This document shows, one piece after another, positions 1 through 14,581 of a stretch of DNA of 64,000 nt; the first letter of the stretch is position 1, and every line of letters starts with the position of its first letter. Below the pieces are notes generated by a model. The model saw only the letters and a program-made list of their open reading frames with translations. It made no database searches and was not told the origin of the DNA. Position numbers and translations under genes: made by a program. The DNA comes from Antedon mediterranea. Lineage: Eukaryota > Animalia > Echinodermata. The stretch is taken from assembly GCF_964355755.1 (NCBI RefSeq), contig NC_092671.1:15493742-15557741 (forward strand), read 5' to 3'.

Positions 1-644
1 TTCGAAACAACTCGATGACCAAGAAGTATGTATTACTTGTTATTTATAAAATAACTTTTTATACAAACTATTTCATTGTGTTAAACTTTGAAGTTGCAAA
101 AGATATTCGAATTTGACAAAACTAGACTAAACAGTATTAATTCAAGTATACAATTTGGCTGCCGTACTTTTGTAGAACACAGTAGATCATGCGATAATCA
201 CTTCTTTAATTAATGTCAATTAAAATAGCGAATTGCGTCATCTACTGAGCTATGAAACCCAGAGGAATGCATAACAATTTAAGACATGATGCCGCGATCT
301 TAAAATAGATTCCCAATTGATATACTATACAGACAATTAAGATTAAATGAGCTTTTTTTATATCTTTTATTATCAAAAGTAAATTGATATTCTTCATGGC
401 AAAGACATATGGCTGCTAATTTTTAAATACCAGTGTAAATTCCGCACACAGTAATATACGAATATGAAATACATTTTACTACAATGTAAATAATCATTTT
501 GATTATGTACCCAACCCGTTTACTCCTGTTCGTGTGAATATTAAAAGAAAAGGATTCGATTGATAAATATTAGCCTGATTGTGGCGCATGTTTCTCTCTG
601 TTCATTGCCTATATTTTATGTGTTTATTTTATGATTCTTTTCAG

Positions 645-3600
645 ACAAACAAAGATATGAGTAAAGATGAGCAAGTTCTTGTCACTAAACCGCCGTCGTC
701 TGAGGAAAATACAGGTAGGCCTACTCCTAGTCTAATTAATAATATAGGTAGGCCTACTCCTAGCCTAATTAATAATACAGGTAGGCCTACTTCTAGCCTA
801 ATATATAGTACAGGTAAGGCCTACTCCTAGCCTAATTAATAATACAGCTATAGGCCTACTCCTAGCCTAATTACCATTACAGGTAGACTTACTCCTAGCA
901 TAATAATACGGTACTACAGATATAAATTTATAGCCGGACGCGAAGATTGGTTTTGTAAGCATTGAATACGATGTATAAATTAGATTATATTTATATATTT
1001 CATGTGTAATTTTATGTACGGCTACGCCTATAACTGGGTAGGCCTACGCATATGGATTATTATTTGCTAGTCATTGCGACTTTCTTGTAACCAGAATCAA
1101 TTTGAGGGCGGATACGTCCGCTTATTTTATAATGATAAAAAAAAGAATAAAATGATGGCAATTTTTCATAAACGCGACAAGCTATCTTGCAAACCAGGTA
1201 AACTGCGTATAATTTTTACAATTATTCCGAATGCAAACAATACAATGTAATAGTAAACAACTTGTGTGAATGCTGTCCTATTTTATTTAATATTAGAACT
1301 TAAACATTCGTTTACACGCGGTAACCACAATTCGAATTCTACGTTTCAAGCGAAGAATATAACTTCTTATTTTTAAATTCAATATTATGCGATGAGAAAA
1401 AACTGCCTTCCCTCGCCTACTTGCTGTGTTGAATTTCTATTATCAATACATTAATAAATGGCGGCATTAGTACATCATGCATGACAACTTAATGATGGCT
1501 ACTGTATTATCTAAATTCTTAAATGATACAGTAGAGAATAATTACAGCAAATTTATGAAAGTGAAATTGTTTAGATATATTGCCTTAATACTACATGTAG
1601 AAAAACAAGGTCAAGTAGTCTGAAAATATTATGATAACACATAGGCCTACGATTAAAATATCGTGATCAAGTTGTTACTGTTACATGATTTAAACCACAA
1701 ATTGAATAAGATGACATGTCATCGTTAAATAAAATAACAACAATATTCAATATATTCTTTTTATGAATTGTTAAGAATATCAATGTATGTCCTGATGTGT
1801 AGACTTAATGCAAGCAAAAATATTTTAATCTCAACGATTATAAGCAATGTCTTAGTTAAGTCGAAGATGCTCTCCAGTTGGAATGCCATCCTGAGATGAG
1901 TAGTAGTAATTTTGTTTATTTTATTTATTTCATTTATATGTAATTTACTTTCTATGGACCAGAGTTTCCGAAATAAAAGATTGAATGAATGAATGAATGA
2001 ATAACAACAAAATGTGTTTACGTTCCGAAAAGTTTTCCATCAAAACACATTATTCCTTTTAATATTAATAGTAGGTCTACATTTGTTTACGTTTTAGTTA
2101 TTTATTTATATCTATATTTCTTATACATATTTGAGATTTCTTATCTCAATACAGAAACGTATACAAATACAATTAACACACATAAAAATAGTAGGTAAGT
2201 AGGTAAATGAACCAAAAAAATGACAGTCAACTATATCAACAAGTTATTGATTTACTAAAAATAAAATAATTGTAATGTGTAGGTGTATACAGATTCGTAT
2301 TCATACTCATCTGAAAATGTTGTTTTCCTGTTTTGTTTTCTCCTCGATTTGACACCAGAGTGGTGAACAATGAACAAATGGTAGAATGTGCTAACATGCT
2401 CCGTTGTAATGGTTAATAGCCATAACCAATAATTGACATTTAAAAAAAAACTCAAATTAAACTACGCAATGCTTTTTACCGTCGGAATGCAATTTTCTTC
2501 AAATTTGAATAAGATCACTTTAAATTCGAGATTAATCTACGGTACGTCATATGTAACATAGATAGTTTCTCCAATTCTTTTATATCTGTTATTGTCAACA
2601 TTCACTTCAACCATTTCCTTTATTTATTGACATACGATGATTAAAAACGCTCAACAACGTCATAATGACGTCAGTCGGTTTATTTTTAGCTCTTAAATTT
2701 CTTAATCGTTATAATTGCAACAGCCTATGTACTCGAACGACCCTTGACCATTGGTTATTGATTGTAACAAACAAAATTGAATACGGTAAATGCGGCGGAG
2801 CATCCGACTCGCGCAGCTGCTACTGATGGGTGATATATGAAATAGATGTAAAGAAAATAGTTTTACGTCTGCGTACGATAGATCAAGATCACATCATATG
2901 ACATTCAAGAAAGACATTAAAATGAATTAAAATGTTTCAATAATTGATCTTTTTCTTGGATATTCACATTGGAAATGTAGAATATATTTTAAAAAAGAAT
3001 TAGGCCTATATCAACTTATCCAAATAATGTACTTAGGTCTATTGGTCAATGATATAATTATGTGTCTTGGCCTAAGTTATGGGAAGGTGTGGTCATCATA
3101 GACGCCTAACTGTACTTTTAAAAATCATAATCTAAGTATCTGTGTAGTGTTTACTTACCCGATAACCTATTACAGTATTTAGGCCTATACCTTAACTCAA
3201 TTATAATAAATGTTTTTCTTTTTCTAATCTGTAACAGATAATAACCCAGCCTTACAGACAGCAGCAGAAAGCTCAGAAGAACAAGGTGCAAAATCAGAAG
3301 AAGAATCAGAGAACAAAGAAGTTGTAGATTACCAAACGATCCAGAAGGATAGTGACAGTAAAGTAAGAAAAGAAAAACAGGAAAATGAAGTTTTTGATCA
3401 AAGTAAGTATTTTAGTTAGATAAAACTAGAATATATAATAATGATATAAATTTTTGTTTGTTTCTTGTGAATCGTAAATTCATAATAATAACCATAATAA
3501 CGTGTAGGTCTATAGTGTAGTGATTTTTACAACAAACAAAATTAATTATAAAATTGGAGTAATGATAAAAAAAAAAAATATTGACTATTAATTGATTGAC

Positions 3601-6600
3601 TATTATTGAAAAAATTAAAAAGTTGAATAATAAAATACTGAATAAATACAATGTTTTATTAGAGGATAGTAATATATTGATCTTGCTTGTTTTTGTGTCC
3701 ATTAAAAAAAACCTTTTGGAGTGAGCATCGGCGTCAGTCCACATACTCCGTGTAGATAATGTCCACATACTCCGTGTAGATAATGTCCCAGTTCGAAGCG
3801 CCCTTAACGTAACATTTATTATTGAAAATGATGATAGTAATAACAGTGAGTTTCTATTAAAGTGATACGTGCTGCTCAGTAAAAGCGTGTCATCTAATGT
3901 AAAGCGTAGGTTATTTGAGTGGGCACGGTGCGGAATATTACTAACGCTAAATGTATCTTAATTTCATTCAAATTCCCCATTATTTTCATTTAGTAAACTA
4001 AATCTTTTCCAATATTATACTGCATATGCCTAAGGTATAGTCATAAATAAGATTCATGTATCGCCCTTAGTAACATATTTCGATATTCGAGATGAATCGC
4101 CGAATTGATTACATGATTTGATAATATAATAAAGGTAATATAACAAGGTATACATTCCAAAATAATTATATAAGATTATGAGAACGATTTTGTATCTTAC
4201 TTATTAATACACAGATATGGCGCCGGGTCACATTATCTCCATATCATTGTACAGTACTGCACTCTTTTTTCATCTTATATACTTTGTAGATGTATTTTGA
4301 ATTGATGTTAAATAAACGATTCTACAATCATTAATTAAATGCTCATTTATGTTGTTAAATGTCGTCTGCTAAAGCATAGGCTTTAGCAATCAGCGTTACG
4401 TGACATAGCGTTAGGTTAATGTCGTTAGAACATTTCGAGATGCATGCGTCAGTACGAATTAATCACACCATATCACGTTTTGTATGTAATTATACATTTT
4501 AGTTAGCTCTTGTTTTCAACTTCATTCCTAATAACACCATCTTTGATATTGATTGTACTGTAATTAAATGCTAATATATTCAATCAGTTCCTCTTCTCAA
4601 TGTAAAACTATAAATAGATTTGCAAAGAATCTATGTAGGGCCTAAGCCCGAATATTCAAAACCTACACGCGAGATTATTATTTTTGCATAAAATTGCTCG
4701 AATACAATTTTGTTATCTATATTTCATGGCAATAGTGAATCTATATTAAGTGATGTATATTTTAATATAACCTCTGTCTATTTTTTAAATACTTTAACTT
4801 TTTATATATGTCAAATATTCAAAATCGAAAAACACAAACAAAATTTTAGGCTGCAGTGAAAGTTGTTGACAATGAACGTTGATATAGATTATTGTAACAA
4901 TTGTAAGGTATAAAATAAAAGTGAGTGAATCTCACAAAAGACAAAAAATGCCTAAAATGAGAATAAAATAGAATTTAAAAAAAAACAACATTTTTACGAA
5001 AGAATAAAATTGTTCGCGTTTGTACAGTACATTCAGAAAGAGGAATTCTCGTTACGCTCCTATTCAATATTTTTTCATAGGCCTAGCTATTGATTTCTGT
5101 TAGACCTAAGTTTATTAATTCATTTTTTTAATAAAAAGAACAACCTCCTGTGCTCTCAGACGAAGAAGCTGACCAGTTGATGATGTTAATGAGCGACCCA
5201 GTTGCAATTGCAGAATATCTGGCCGTTAGTGGCGACATAGTTGGTTTTCTGGAAGTTCTCGATACACTTCAGATGAATGGCTTTGTAAGTAACGCATCTT
5301 TATCATTATCCAGTCCGCCCATGCTGGCTAGGTTTTAGGTCTGAAGCTATTTTTTCAAGAAGTGAGCGTTTCTTGAAGCCACATCTTATTTTTGGTAAGA
5401 CTTCTAAACGTTGCGACCGATTGACTTGCGAGCTGCGCCAACTTGTGCCCCCTACCTAGGGAATTGTAGTTCATATTGTAGCGATATAACTATACAACAG
5501 ACTATAGACTACTCCTTGATTACTTTGTGTTTAATTCAAACATGAAATTGAATTTCGTTTTAAATCTTTCGTATGACTTTTTTCGAATAAGTTGTTCGTT
5601 CAATAGTCTCACCGCAGTCGCGTAATGGATTGTCATGATCATGTTTAGGGCTAGCTAAGGGCTGGCAACTGTATCTGCAAACGTAATGATTTCAATTCAT
5701 AGCGTGGTGTCAAAGCCTTTGCAAACATTAAAACTGTAGCACCATTTTGTTAAACACCACCGTAGAGAATTAAAATGTTTAAGATTACTTGATTTTGTTT
5801 ACATTGTTATTTTACATCTCTGTTATGATGAGTTGTGAAATTATCCACATTGGCCTAATTAGAAGCACTAACGTGCGTTATTAAACAATTTGTTGATCTA
5901 TGTTTTCTGAACTTACGTCAACAAGACGTTAAATGATGGCGCATGGATAAAATGAATGATTGATGTAAACGGCGTTTGGCACCGGTGCGTTTGGCGGTAC
6001 AACTTAGATTTTAGGTCGTTTATTAAAGGTCGCCTATTAATTAAAATTATATAAGGTAAAAAACAAATTGATAGTTTATTGAAATAAATTGTACCATTTA
6101 CGTAGGCTACAATGAAAAGTCGTTAATTCTAATATAGACTCGCGTATGTTCATCATTATAGTGAGTATTACAGTTGATTTGTTTATTTTGTTTAGATCGA
6201 TGGTAAAGTAGTAGATCGACTGAAGAACGAGGTCTCGAGTGAACTCGATAGGCTGCTAATTGAAAAAGATGCCGAAGAAAATCAGATGTATGAAAATGAG
6301 GTTTACCCAGCTCCGCCTCAGGTACTACATTGATATTAATTGTCTCATTGACAACAAGTCATCATTAATATCAGCTGATCCAGCTAATGAAACATCAGTT
6401 ATCGAGGCCATTTATTCCATTGTTTACATAAAGAAGTTGATTCGGATTTTCCTTTTAGGTCATGAGAAATACTTAAAATGTATTGAACTGTATTTCTCTA
6501 TGTGTTGGTGTATCATATCTTGTTAAATAACCATTTGATGAAAAGTGTAAAGCTTTGTCTACACTATCCAAATATGGACACGATGATGTCATGTCACTAC

Positions 6601-9600
6601 CATATTTGGGCATATCACTACCATATTTGGCTTTATACAATGTGGTAAATTGACTCTGGAGTCCTCAATATTGTAGCCTGCAGTGACGATTACCATTTAA
6701 TACCCACGTTAGCCCCACCCAAGAGTGGGCAAATACGACATTTCTTCGAAATAAACTAAAATCATCCGCATAAAGATATAGTTTAATTATGCAAGCACTT
6801 TGTTAACATCGTTGCTCGCAATCTTTTTGGATTCCTTATTTAATCTATCATTGTCAACGGCATTAATGCTATTTTACGAAAGTCATCGTTTTATTTTTAT
6901 AATTCGTAGAAATTAGATTATGTATAAATCGGTGAGCTGTTAGTGAATTTGTGTGTATAGTGTTTGGTTATAGGAAACCTGATACTATTTTAATGGCTAA
7001 TGCATTTTCAAATTTACACAACACACTCTTCGTGTCATGCGTTTTCATCAACTAACCAAACATAGCATTTGAAAGAGTTGACAAAATACACAATACAAGA
7101 AAATTATACAGTATCGTTTATGTTTAAAAGATGGACATTTAATATTGAATAACATCATTATTCTAATTAAACGGTAAATTATTTTGAACATATCATGAAT
7201 TCAACGGATGTGGTCTGAAATGAAACAAAAATAGAATTCAATTTGTATTTCAATTAATTTTCTAGAATGAAGTATACATGGAAAATGAGATGTTAAACAT
7301 TATCAAGCAAATAATGACGCTACCTGTTCTTACCCCAGGAGAAGTTTATCAAGCTATGCTATATGAAGGTAATTTAACAGCAGTTTAAATCTACCGAAAA
7401 ACAACCAACGTTATTTCGGTATTATTTCGGTAATATCCTGTCCATACATAATACAAAAATTACCCTAAAGGCCAATTTACACAAACGAGCGGTAACGCGA
7501 ATAAAAAATATAGAATCTATATCTATCTATCTATGGCCATTTTTCAGGATAGATGCAGATAGTACGTGGGACAAGCTAAGCAGTTTTTGGCTTGCCGTTA
7601 GCGCTTGTCCGTAAATCTTGCCTGTATAAAAGTCTTTGTGACACTCCCATTAAGGACACATCCGTGACACGAACAAGAGACAATGTTTTAACACTAAAGA
7701 CCAACAACTATTCAAGGGAAACCTCTATTAAGTGAACACTTTGTTAAATCCTGAACGTATCTCCTTAACAGGTTTTATTGTAGTATTAAATGTAAAGTTT
7801 TATCGTTTTTACAGGAGCTTCTGATTTGGTAGCGTCTGTAGCAGGATTGGTATATCAGAGGATAATTGAAAGAGAAATAACGCCTGAAGCCGGCGTCAGT
7901 CTTGTAGGTATGTATTCGTGTGCCGAAGATTTAATAATATTAATAATGTATAACGTTGGATTAAGACATTATGATAACATCACGCTAGACGCTAAACAAT
8001 TCTTTTTCACACACAAAAATGGTGTGGAGAAAAAAACATAATTGCGTCACGGCAAAATTCGGATACGATGTCATACTAATTATACGATGTAGGCCTACTG
8101 GTAAACTTAACGCATCCAGATTTTAAAGGAGTTACCTCACTTTTCATAGGAATAAACTCTACTACAGGGCCCGCCCCGGTCAGCTGACCATGCCGTTTTG
8201 TCCCCACCTTCAGAAGGCCATAATCTCTATGCTTATACCGTTTTCATGAATCTATGGCATTTAGTCATTTACTGTTACGTTTCTACGAGTTCTGACATCA
8301 AAAATGTTATTCATTAAAGTACAACTAATAGAGTAATACATATCAAACTAACTTTGTTGACATTTGTTTGATACATAGCCGCAGTGTTTCAACTCAGTCT
8401 ACCAAACGAATACATTCCAGAGGACGTCACGGATGAAAGTTTCTACGAAGACGCGTTCCTCGACTACGTCTTAGAGACAATGTCGCAAGATGAAAACATG
8501 ATCAATAATGACGTAATTGATAATGACGATGACAGCCAAGAAGAAAACGTTGAAGATATACCGCTTAAAAACTCTGCTGGAAAACAAATCGGAGAAGAAC
8601 AAAAGGTGCATAGCTTAAAGCCATTGAAAACGAAGGAAGGAAAGACAATCGGGAAAGAGGTTCACGACGAATTTAATATCCAGGCAGAAGATGGCGGCGG
8701 TAGTTTAGAGGAGGAGTTACAAGATATCGTGATGGGTGACGGAAACCAGGGTAATTACTTACTGAGCATTCATATTTTTAACACTCATAGTGTCTCTGGA
8801 ATGTGATTTGTTACAATACGTTTTTAACCTTGTTAAAGATTTGTAATGTTAGGCCTACTGTTTTATACTTTTTTGTCATTTTTAGTCCTTTGTATATGTA
8901 TCTTTTAATCGGATTTGCTGACAACCGACATTTCTTTGTTTTTAACGAAGACAAATAAAATTTCTTGTATCTTGTGTCAAATGGTTTAACAAAATATAAA
9001 ATGTAGTCTTCATGTTTGCTATGTAGGCCTATTCTGTATTTAAACATTGCTTGATGCCCTAACCAACATTTAAATTCTGTGTTAAAATAATGTTAACGCT
9101 ACTAAAGCAAATGCTACATGCCTACAGAAGGGGTATACTGTATGTAAGCTGAAAGAAGGGCTGGGTTTAGGTGGTGGTATAATTTTAATTTGTTATCAGA
9201 ACTCATGTAGGCCTATAACAATTGAATTTCTACTTTTATTTTGACTTCAGATACAAATGGAAAATCGTCATCGGAATCGGAAAATCTCGAAGGTTTTGGC
9301 TCAGGTGAATCGGAAATTGAGTATTTACTTGAAGGAAAAGGTACGCCTATTATTTGGAATTACATTCTAAATTTATAGTTTGTGTAACGGGCTTTGAAGG
9401 GTGTGGAGAAGTTGTGTATGCCTCACATGCGTCACAAAGGAGGGCGCCGTCCATTTCTTTATACGATTTTTTGTTGAACAAAACGGATTAAGATAGGACA
9501 CAATTCCAAAAATTAGTCGTGTATAACTGTTATTTAATCCTTCGTATTTCTGATTGATAGGGCCCCCTGCTTTTAGAGAATTTTTGATTGCGCGACGCAA

Positions 9601-9876
9601 AGACTACAATCATCTGCGTCTACGGCAAACATAGTACCTTTTGTAAACACAATAAAGCTACGGTAACATAATGCCAAATTGGTTTGTAAATTGTAGTACC
9701 GTCTGTTTCTTTGACGCCTTTTCTAATCGAACACCTGACTCCATTTTATGTCTAAATGCATTTTTATTGTTTACATTATTCTTATAGATATGGAAGAGCT
9801 ACCTGACATGTTGAAGATGAAGTTAAAGAATTACTTTAAAGCCGTAGATAATGCAAATTCCAAGCTACACAAGTAA
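645..9876 (+). CDS. Nine-exon gene for an Asp/Glu-rich acidic protein of unknown family; exons 645..714, 3238..3402, 5160..5284, 6196..6321, 7266..7368, 7815..7907, 8379..8750, 9251..9340, 9788..9876
   Basis: Every junction has a canonical AG/GT and compatible phases (1,1,0,0,1,1,1,1). Translation: (T)NKDMSKDEQVLVTKPPSSEENT-D-NNPALQTAAESSEEQGAKSEEESENKEVVDYQTIQKDSDSKVRKEKQENEVFDQ-N-EEADQLMMLMSDPVAIAEYLAVSGDIVGFLEVLDTLQMNGF-IDGKVVDRLKNEVSSELDRLLIEKDAEENQMYENEVYPAPPQ-NEVYMENEMLNIIKQIMTLPVLTPGEVYQAMLYE-GASDLVASVAGLVYQRIIEREITPEAGVSLV-AAVFQLSLPNEYIPEDVTDESFYEDAFLDYVLETMSQDEN...DGGGSLEEELQDIVMGDGNQ-GDTNGKSSSESENLEGFGSGESEIEYLLEGK-GDMEELPDMLKMKLKNYFKAVDNANSKLHK*. Exon 1 has an upstream acceptor, so a further 5' exon probably lies outside or at the start of the window. 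A possible poly(A) signal AATAAA lies near 10191. Confidence 0.6.
705..905. repeat. Tandem array of about 6 copies of a 33-bp unit GTAGGCCTACTCCTAGCCTAATTAATAATACAG, starting exactly at the splice donor of exon 1 of the acidic-protein gene
   Basis: Seen directly in sequence; each unit recreates the acag|gtaggcc donor context. Confidence 0.85.
6552..6660. mobile_element. MITE, same family, partial copy
   Basis: Left TIR ctttgtctacactatccaaa and core present. Confidence 0.55.
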
Positions 9877-11499
9877 TCTCAAGCCGGACACAAACCTACG
9901 TCGTTTTATGTTGTAGTTAAATCATTATTCCGCCCAACCCTCTTGGTTATTCCTTATTGATTTTTTTTTATAAAAAGCTTTAAAAACATTTATCGATGAG
10001 TATTAGTAGTATAAATTAAGATGTTTCAGAAATTCCATTCAGAAATATCTAAAAACATATAAGATAAATTTTAACAGAAATCCGCCAATAGTTGTCGTTT
10101 ACACATTTTGTACACATACTATACTGTATACATTTTTTTACGATGGTACCACAAGCGTGTCAGAATGCACATCTTTTAAAACTTAAAAAAAAATAAATAT
10201 ACAAAATTACTTCTTAGAAAGGGACAACTATAAACTTTTCATAAGTGGAAAAATACTTTTCTCAATTGGAACAATTGATACGATAGAGAGTTGCTTTGAA
10301 TATCCCATTGCAAGTACAAATAGTAAGTGTATGATTTATTCAGAAGTGCAATTACAAAAGTTTCTCTTCTAGAGGAGCTAATTTCCACACCGTATTTCAA
10401 TCATTGTTATGGCTGGTGCTAGTGTTATTGCTCAACTAACAGAAAGACGCTGACTTCGAACTAACCAACAAACTACAATTAACAGGGAAATACTAGATTT
10501 GAATTTTGTATAATTTCTGTTAACGACTTTTAAAAGGTTTAAACGTCTTACTAAGCAACATCAGTTAAATTATTATTGTATTTGTTTATTATTCATTACC
10601 TTGTATTGCTTTAACATTAAAGTTAACCAATGACATCTTTTAACTATTGTAGCTATAAATGCTGTATTGTACCGGTAATCATAAAATCAATTTGTGACGT
10701 CTCATTGTCGTCATTACGTCAATCGGCGTCATTACGGTCGCCGCGACGCATTATTGATATCAGTGAGAATCTCTTATTCAATGTATTTCGTGTCGTTTGG
10801 TCTGTAAATGTAATCTTTAATTATTTTTTTAAGACATACTCGAACTCTGTAATATAATTATTCATATCAGTGACTAGAATGTAGAAATCACAAGCGTTGG
10901 TTCCAGGAAAGGGAGTCCCTCTCCAAACTTTCTTATACCGGTCCTACCTTTCGTCGGTTGCTCGCAAAAATAACACGCCAATAATAGCGTTCGTTTCTTG
11001 TGTGTAAGGTTCCCACTTTGAAAGTGAATATGTACTGGCTTTAAACAGTTCACCGTGATCTATAGGCCTACCCACCGCACTCTCTTTCCTGGATATTACG
11101 TGATGCCTATAGTTAGTTAATAGTGTGCTACACATTACAAATACATTATGTAGTTATTTGGCCAAAACAATATTTGAAATATTCCTTAAATAATATGCTC
11201 ATACGTAATACAGAGATTAACATGAACCTGCAGGGCCTGCAGTAGTAGGTTTATATAAAAAAACGCTCTCTGGCAAAACGTAAAATAATAACACAATGCT
11301 AAGATGTGACATATATGAAGGTATAGTAAACTCCATGGTAGGCTACATAGTAATGAAATATAGTATATCGATGTATGCTTACAGAATGCACGTCTTATTG
11401 CTTAATTATATTTGTGATGTTTTGTAAAGGAGAAATATAACTATTTTATGTAATATTGATCGATATATAGATTTTACCAAGGAATGAGAGTCACACTTC

Positions 11500-11580
11500 T
11501 ACAGAACACGTGCTGATTGTCAAAATGTTTCAATTCAAATATCAACACGTGTTTACCGTTAAAACACGTGACGTGTGTGC
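11500..11580. promoter_or_regulatory. Cluster of three E-boxes (CACGTG) within 70 bp
   Basis: acacgtgctg...aacacgtgttt...acacgtgacgtgtg; motif cluster only. Confidence 0.2.
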
Positions 11581-14543
11581 CTTTAGGGATGATAAATAAT
11601 GTTGCCAGAAAGTTTATGTAAAGTATATTTTGAAATTTAACTATAATGCTTTGCTATTTTTGGTGTATATAATTACATTTTTGATATTTCACTGAAGATT
11701 GTAATCGTTTTGGTGCAAGGTCTGTAAAATAAAACAAAAATCATGTGCCAGATATCAAATTTGGAAAAGTATTTAAATAGTCACTCGCAGTAGACAAATA
11801 TGACGAACTTAGGAGGAAGTTTTTCATTAATTTCTACGAATTCAGATCTGTAAAGTTTTGCAACAGCAAGTTGAATGTTATCATATTGGTTTAACCGGAT
11901 GCCTCTGTGTAGTACTTTCATCTGTCAAAGAAATTTATTGATTATAATTAAGCTCTACTTTCATTGTATATTATTATTCCAATTTGCCAAAAAAAATGAA
12001 CGAATTTTGTCGATATCGACGAAATAGGTTGTGGATTGATCACGGGCCGAGTTAAATATTCATAAATATGGAAAACATAACTCCGAGTAGGGCCTAGTTT
12101 GGTAACACACAATAACTACAAAAACAATGGAAAGAGCTGATTATCAGTTATTAGTGAGGTGTGTTTGTGGGAGGGGATAATTATTAGCGTGTTGATGCAT
12201 CGGCCTTTGTTTGTTTCATTTTCATAGCTGTGGCAGTGACAGTTAAATTGATATCTATGAGTATCTAACTCTAAGTTGGGTTGTAGAAATTGCATTAGCG
12301 CCCTCAAAAAGGTTATGAAGACAAGCGAATGAAGTGAAACACGTAATTCTTTGAGTGAACATAAATTATAATTGACTTCGCCTTTGTGCACCAATTGTGT
12401 ACTGCTGTTAAATCATTAGTTTTTTTATAACATAGATAATAATAATGGTGATACAAATTTACTGAAAATCACATCTTCCTGTTGTTATCAGCCCCACAAA
12501 ATCTACAACATGGTGACAAGTTACATTACACAACATTCACAAAACATTTTAAGCCTACATAAAAAAAACGCCGAAAAAGACAGACAAAACCAATTAAGTT
12601 ACAATAAAGGTTTTAAAAATACTGTACTGTAGGCTATTCTACTTTTGTTACTTAATTATTTAAAATTTAAGTACAGTAACTTATAATTTAGAATTATTGC
12701 AAAAATAAGCCTACAAAGTGGAAACACACGTTTAATCGTTTAAAGATGTATTGTCCCTTGAAACACACAAAAAAATGAAGGTCAAAATATTCTAAATTTA
12801 AATTGGCCATATATAATTATAGTAATATTAAAGTTATTCACTTTAAGTCAAAAATTCGAGCCAAAAACAACAAGTTTACGTATAATTAACAGGTAAATTT
12901 AGTTTGATTACATTTCGTCTGGAAAATCGTCGCGAGCGAAAGTAAACAAAGACTTCAAACCACGAGTACGCATTATGCATGATGCTAATTAAGATTGTTT
13001 ATTACAACTCGTCACGGTCACTCGTCAAGGTATTTTCACACAGATCGTAAGGAAGTTTTATGATTATGCATACAGAGTGGCCAAAGAGCGTTTCATTATG
13101 GGATATGTTTTGAGCGAAAACTTTGACTGGAAGTCAAAGTTATTTTTTTAACGAAAAAACGTCTGTATTTCAGTTAAATGATTTTTTTTTCGACAAATTT
13201 TTGGTGATAGTTAATAACTATTATGACACTTCAAAATGACCCACCTTTTTTCAAAATCTTTTATTTTTTTTTTTTTTTTAATTAGTCAAAGGGACAATAC
13301 ATCTTTAACGAAACAAAAGTAATAGTTTCGAGAAAGTTTTCTCATGATTAATTTTTGTTACTTAAAAGATAAATATGCATGATCACTCTCAGACGCAAAG
13401 TTCCTGGAACCACCAGTAGGTGGTGCTGTACACTACTAAAACTTTTACGGAACACTCAATACTTTCGTAGTGAGAAATCAGCCTAGGGCCTAATGACTTA
13501 AAATGCCCCAGATATGTATGTTGTAGCCAACATGTTGACATTGTATCGCATGGAACGCCTTAGGATGGTTTTAAGAGGGTTGGAAACGCTGAAAAACATA
13601 CGAAACACCATCTTACCCAAAAAGTGAATTTTATGATTTTATTTAAAAAGGATGTGACGTCACAAACAACGTCATCTTTGGCATGTCTTCGGAAGCAACG
13701 TCTTCGGAAGCATTGGGATGCTCGGAAATGCCACCCAAACAAAGTTCAAGAAAAGATGTCAACTCTGTTCTAATTGGTCGGTTTTAATTGGATCGACGAG
13801 CTAGATGACTTGTATTGAGGCTGTGACCCTGGGGTTTGCAGGATCGATTCTCTACTTGACAATTTTTTAAATATTTGTTTTAGTTTGATTATTTAGTTAA
13901 TATTTAGGACGAGTTTTATTATTTATGTTTGTCATCAAAACAAGTTCATAGTTGATAAAACCATTCCTCCGTGGAATAAACAACGATTCCACATCATGAC
14001 CAATGTGAGTACAGACACTATCTCAACATTCACTTCCAACATTAAAATCAGTAGGTGAGAGGATGCATTCTCCGACGTATTGGGTAAAGCATCCTCTCAC
14101 CACCAAAATCCTTCATCAACTACAGTCATCCTCATCCAGGAACATAACACAAAAGTATGATGTGCAACATCAAAACTACGACAAGACATGTACCCTTCAC
14201 CATGCCTTCAACAAACTCACACCTTCATCTTTTAATTATTGTGCAGCGCGGTACAACATCTATACCTACAGGTAGGTAGTCCCTTTCATCTGGCCAGACC
14301 AGACACATGGCGAAAACAAAAAACACGAAAAACTCTGGATCATCACCGGTGACTAGATACTGGAAGGTAACTTGACCAATCACGACGCCATGGATCATCC
14401 GAACTACTGCTTGTGGTTGGTCAACTCACGTTGTGACTACGTCGTTCTGACCTTTGACACATGTGTGCTCCAGATAGCATCATTCAGTGCATCCCACAAG
14501 CTGTTTATTTTACTCGGAGCCGCACCCATAGCTTCATATCTTG

Positions 14544-14556
14544 CATATAATATAAC
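14544..14556 (+). promoter_or_regulatory. TATA-like element (CATATAATATAA) about 30 bp upstream of the Ly6-like ATG
   Basis: Position and sequence only. Confidence 0.3.
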
Positions 14557-14581
14557 CCGACATTTTTTTTCTAAGAAGAAT

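Noticed and set aside
12738-13320. Pair of inverted 24-bp repeats (CAAGGGACAATACATCTTTAAACG) about 560 bp apart as a MITE
   Set aside because: There is only a single short inverted pair, with an oligo-T/A-rich interior and no clear TSD. That is insufficient to call an element.
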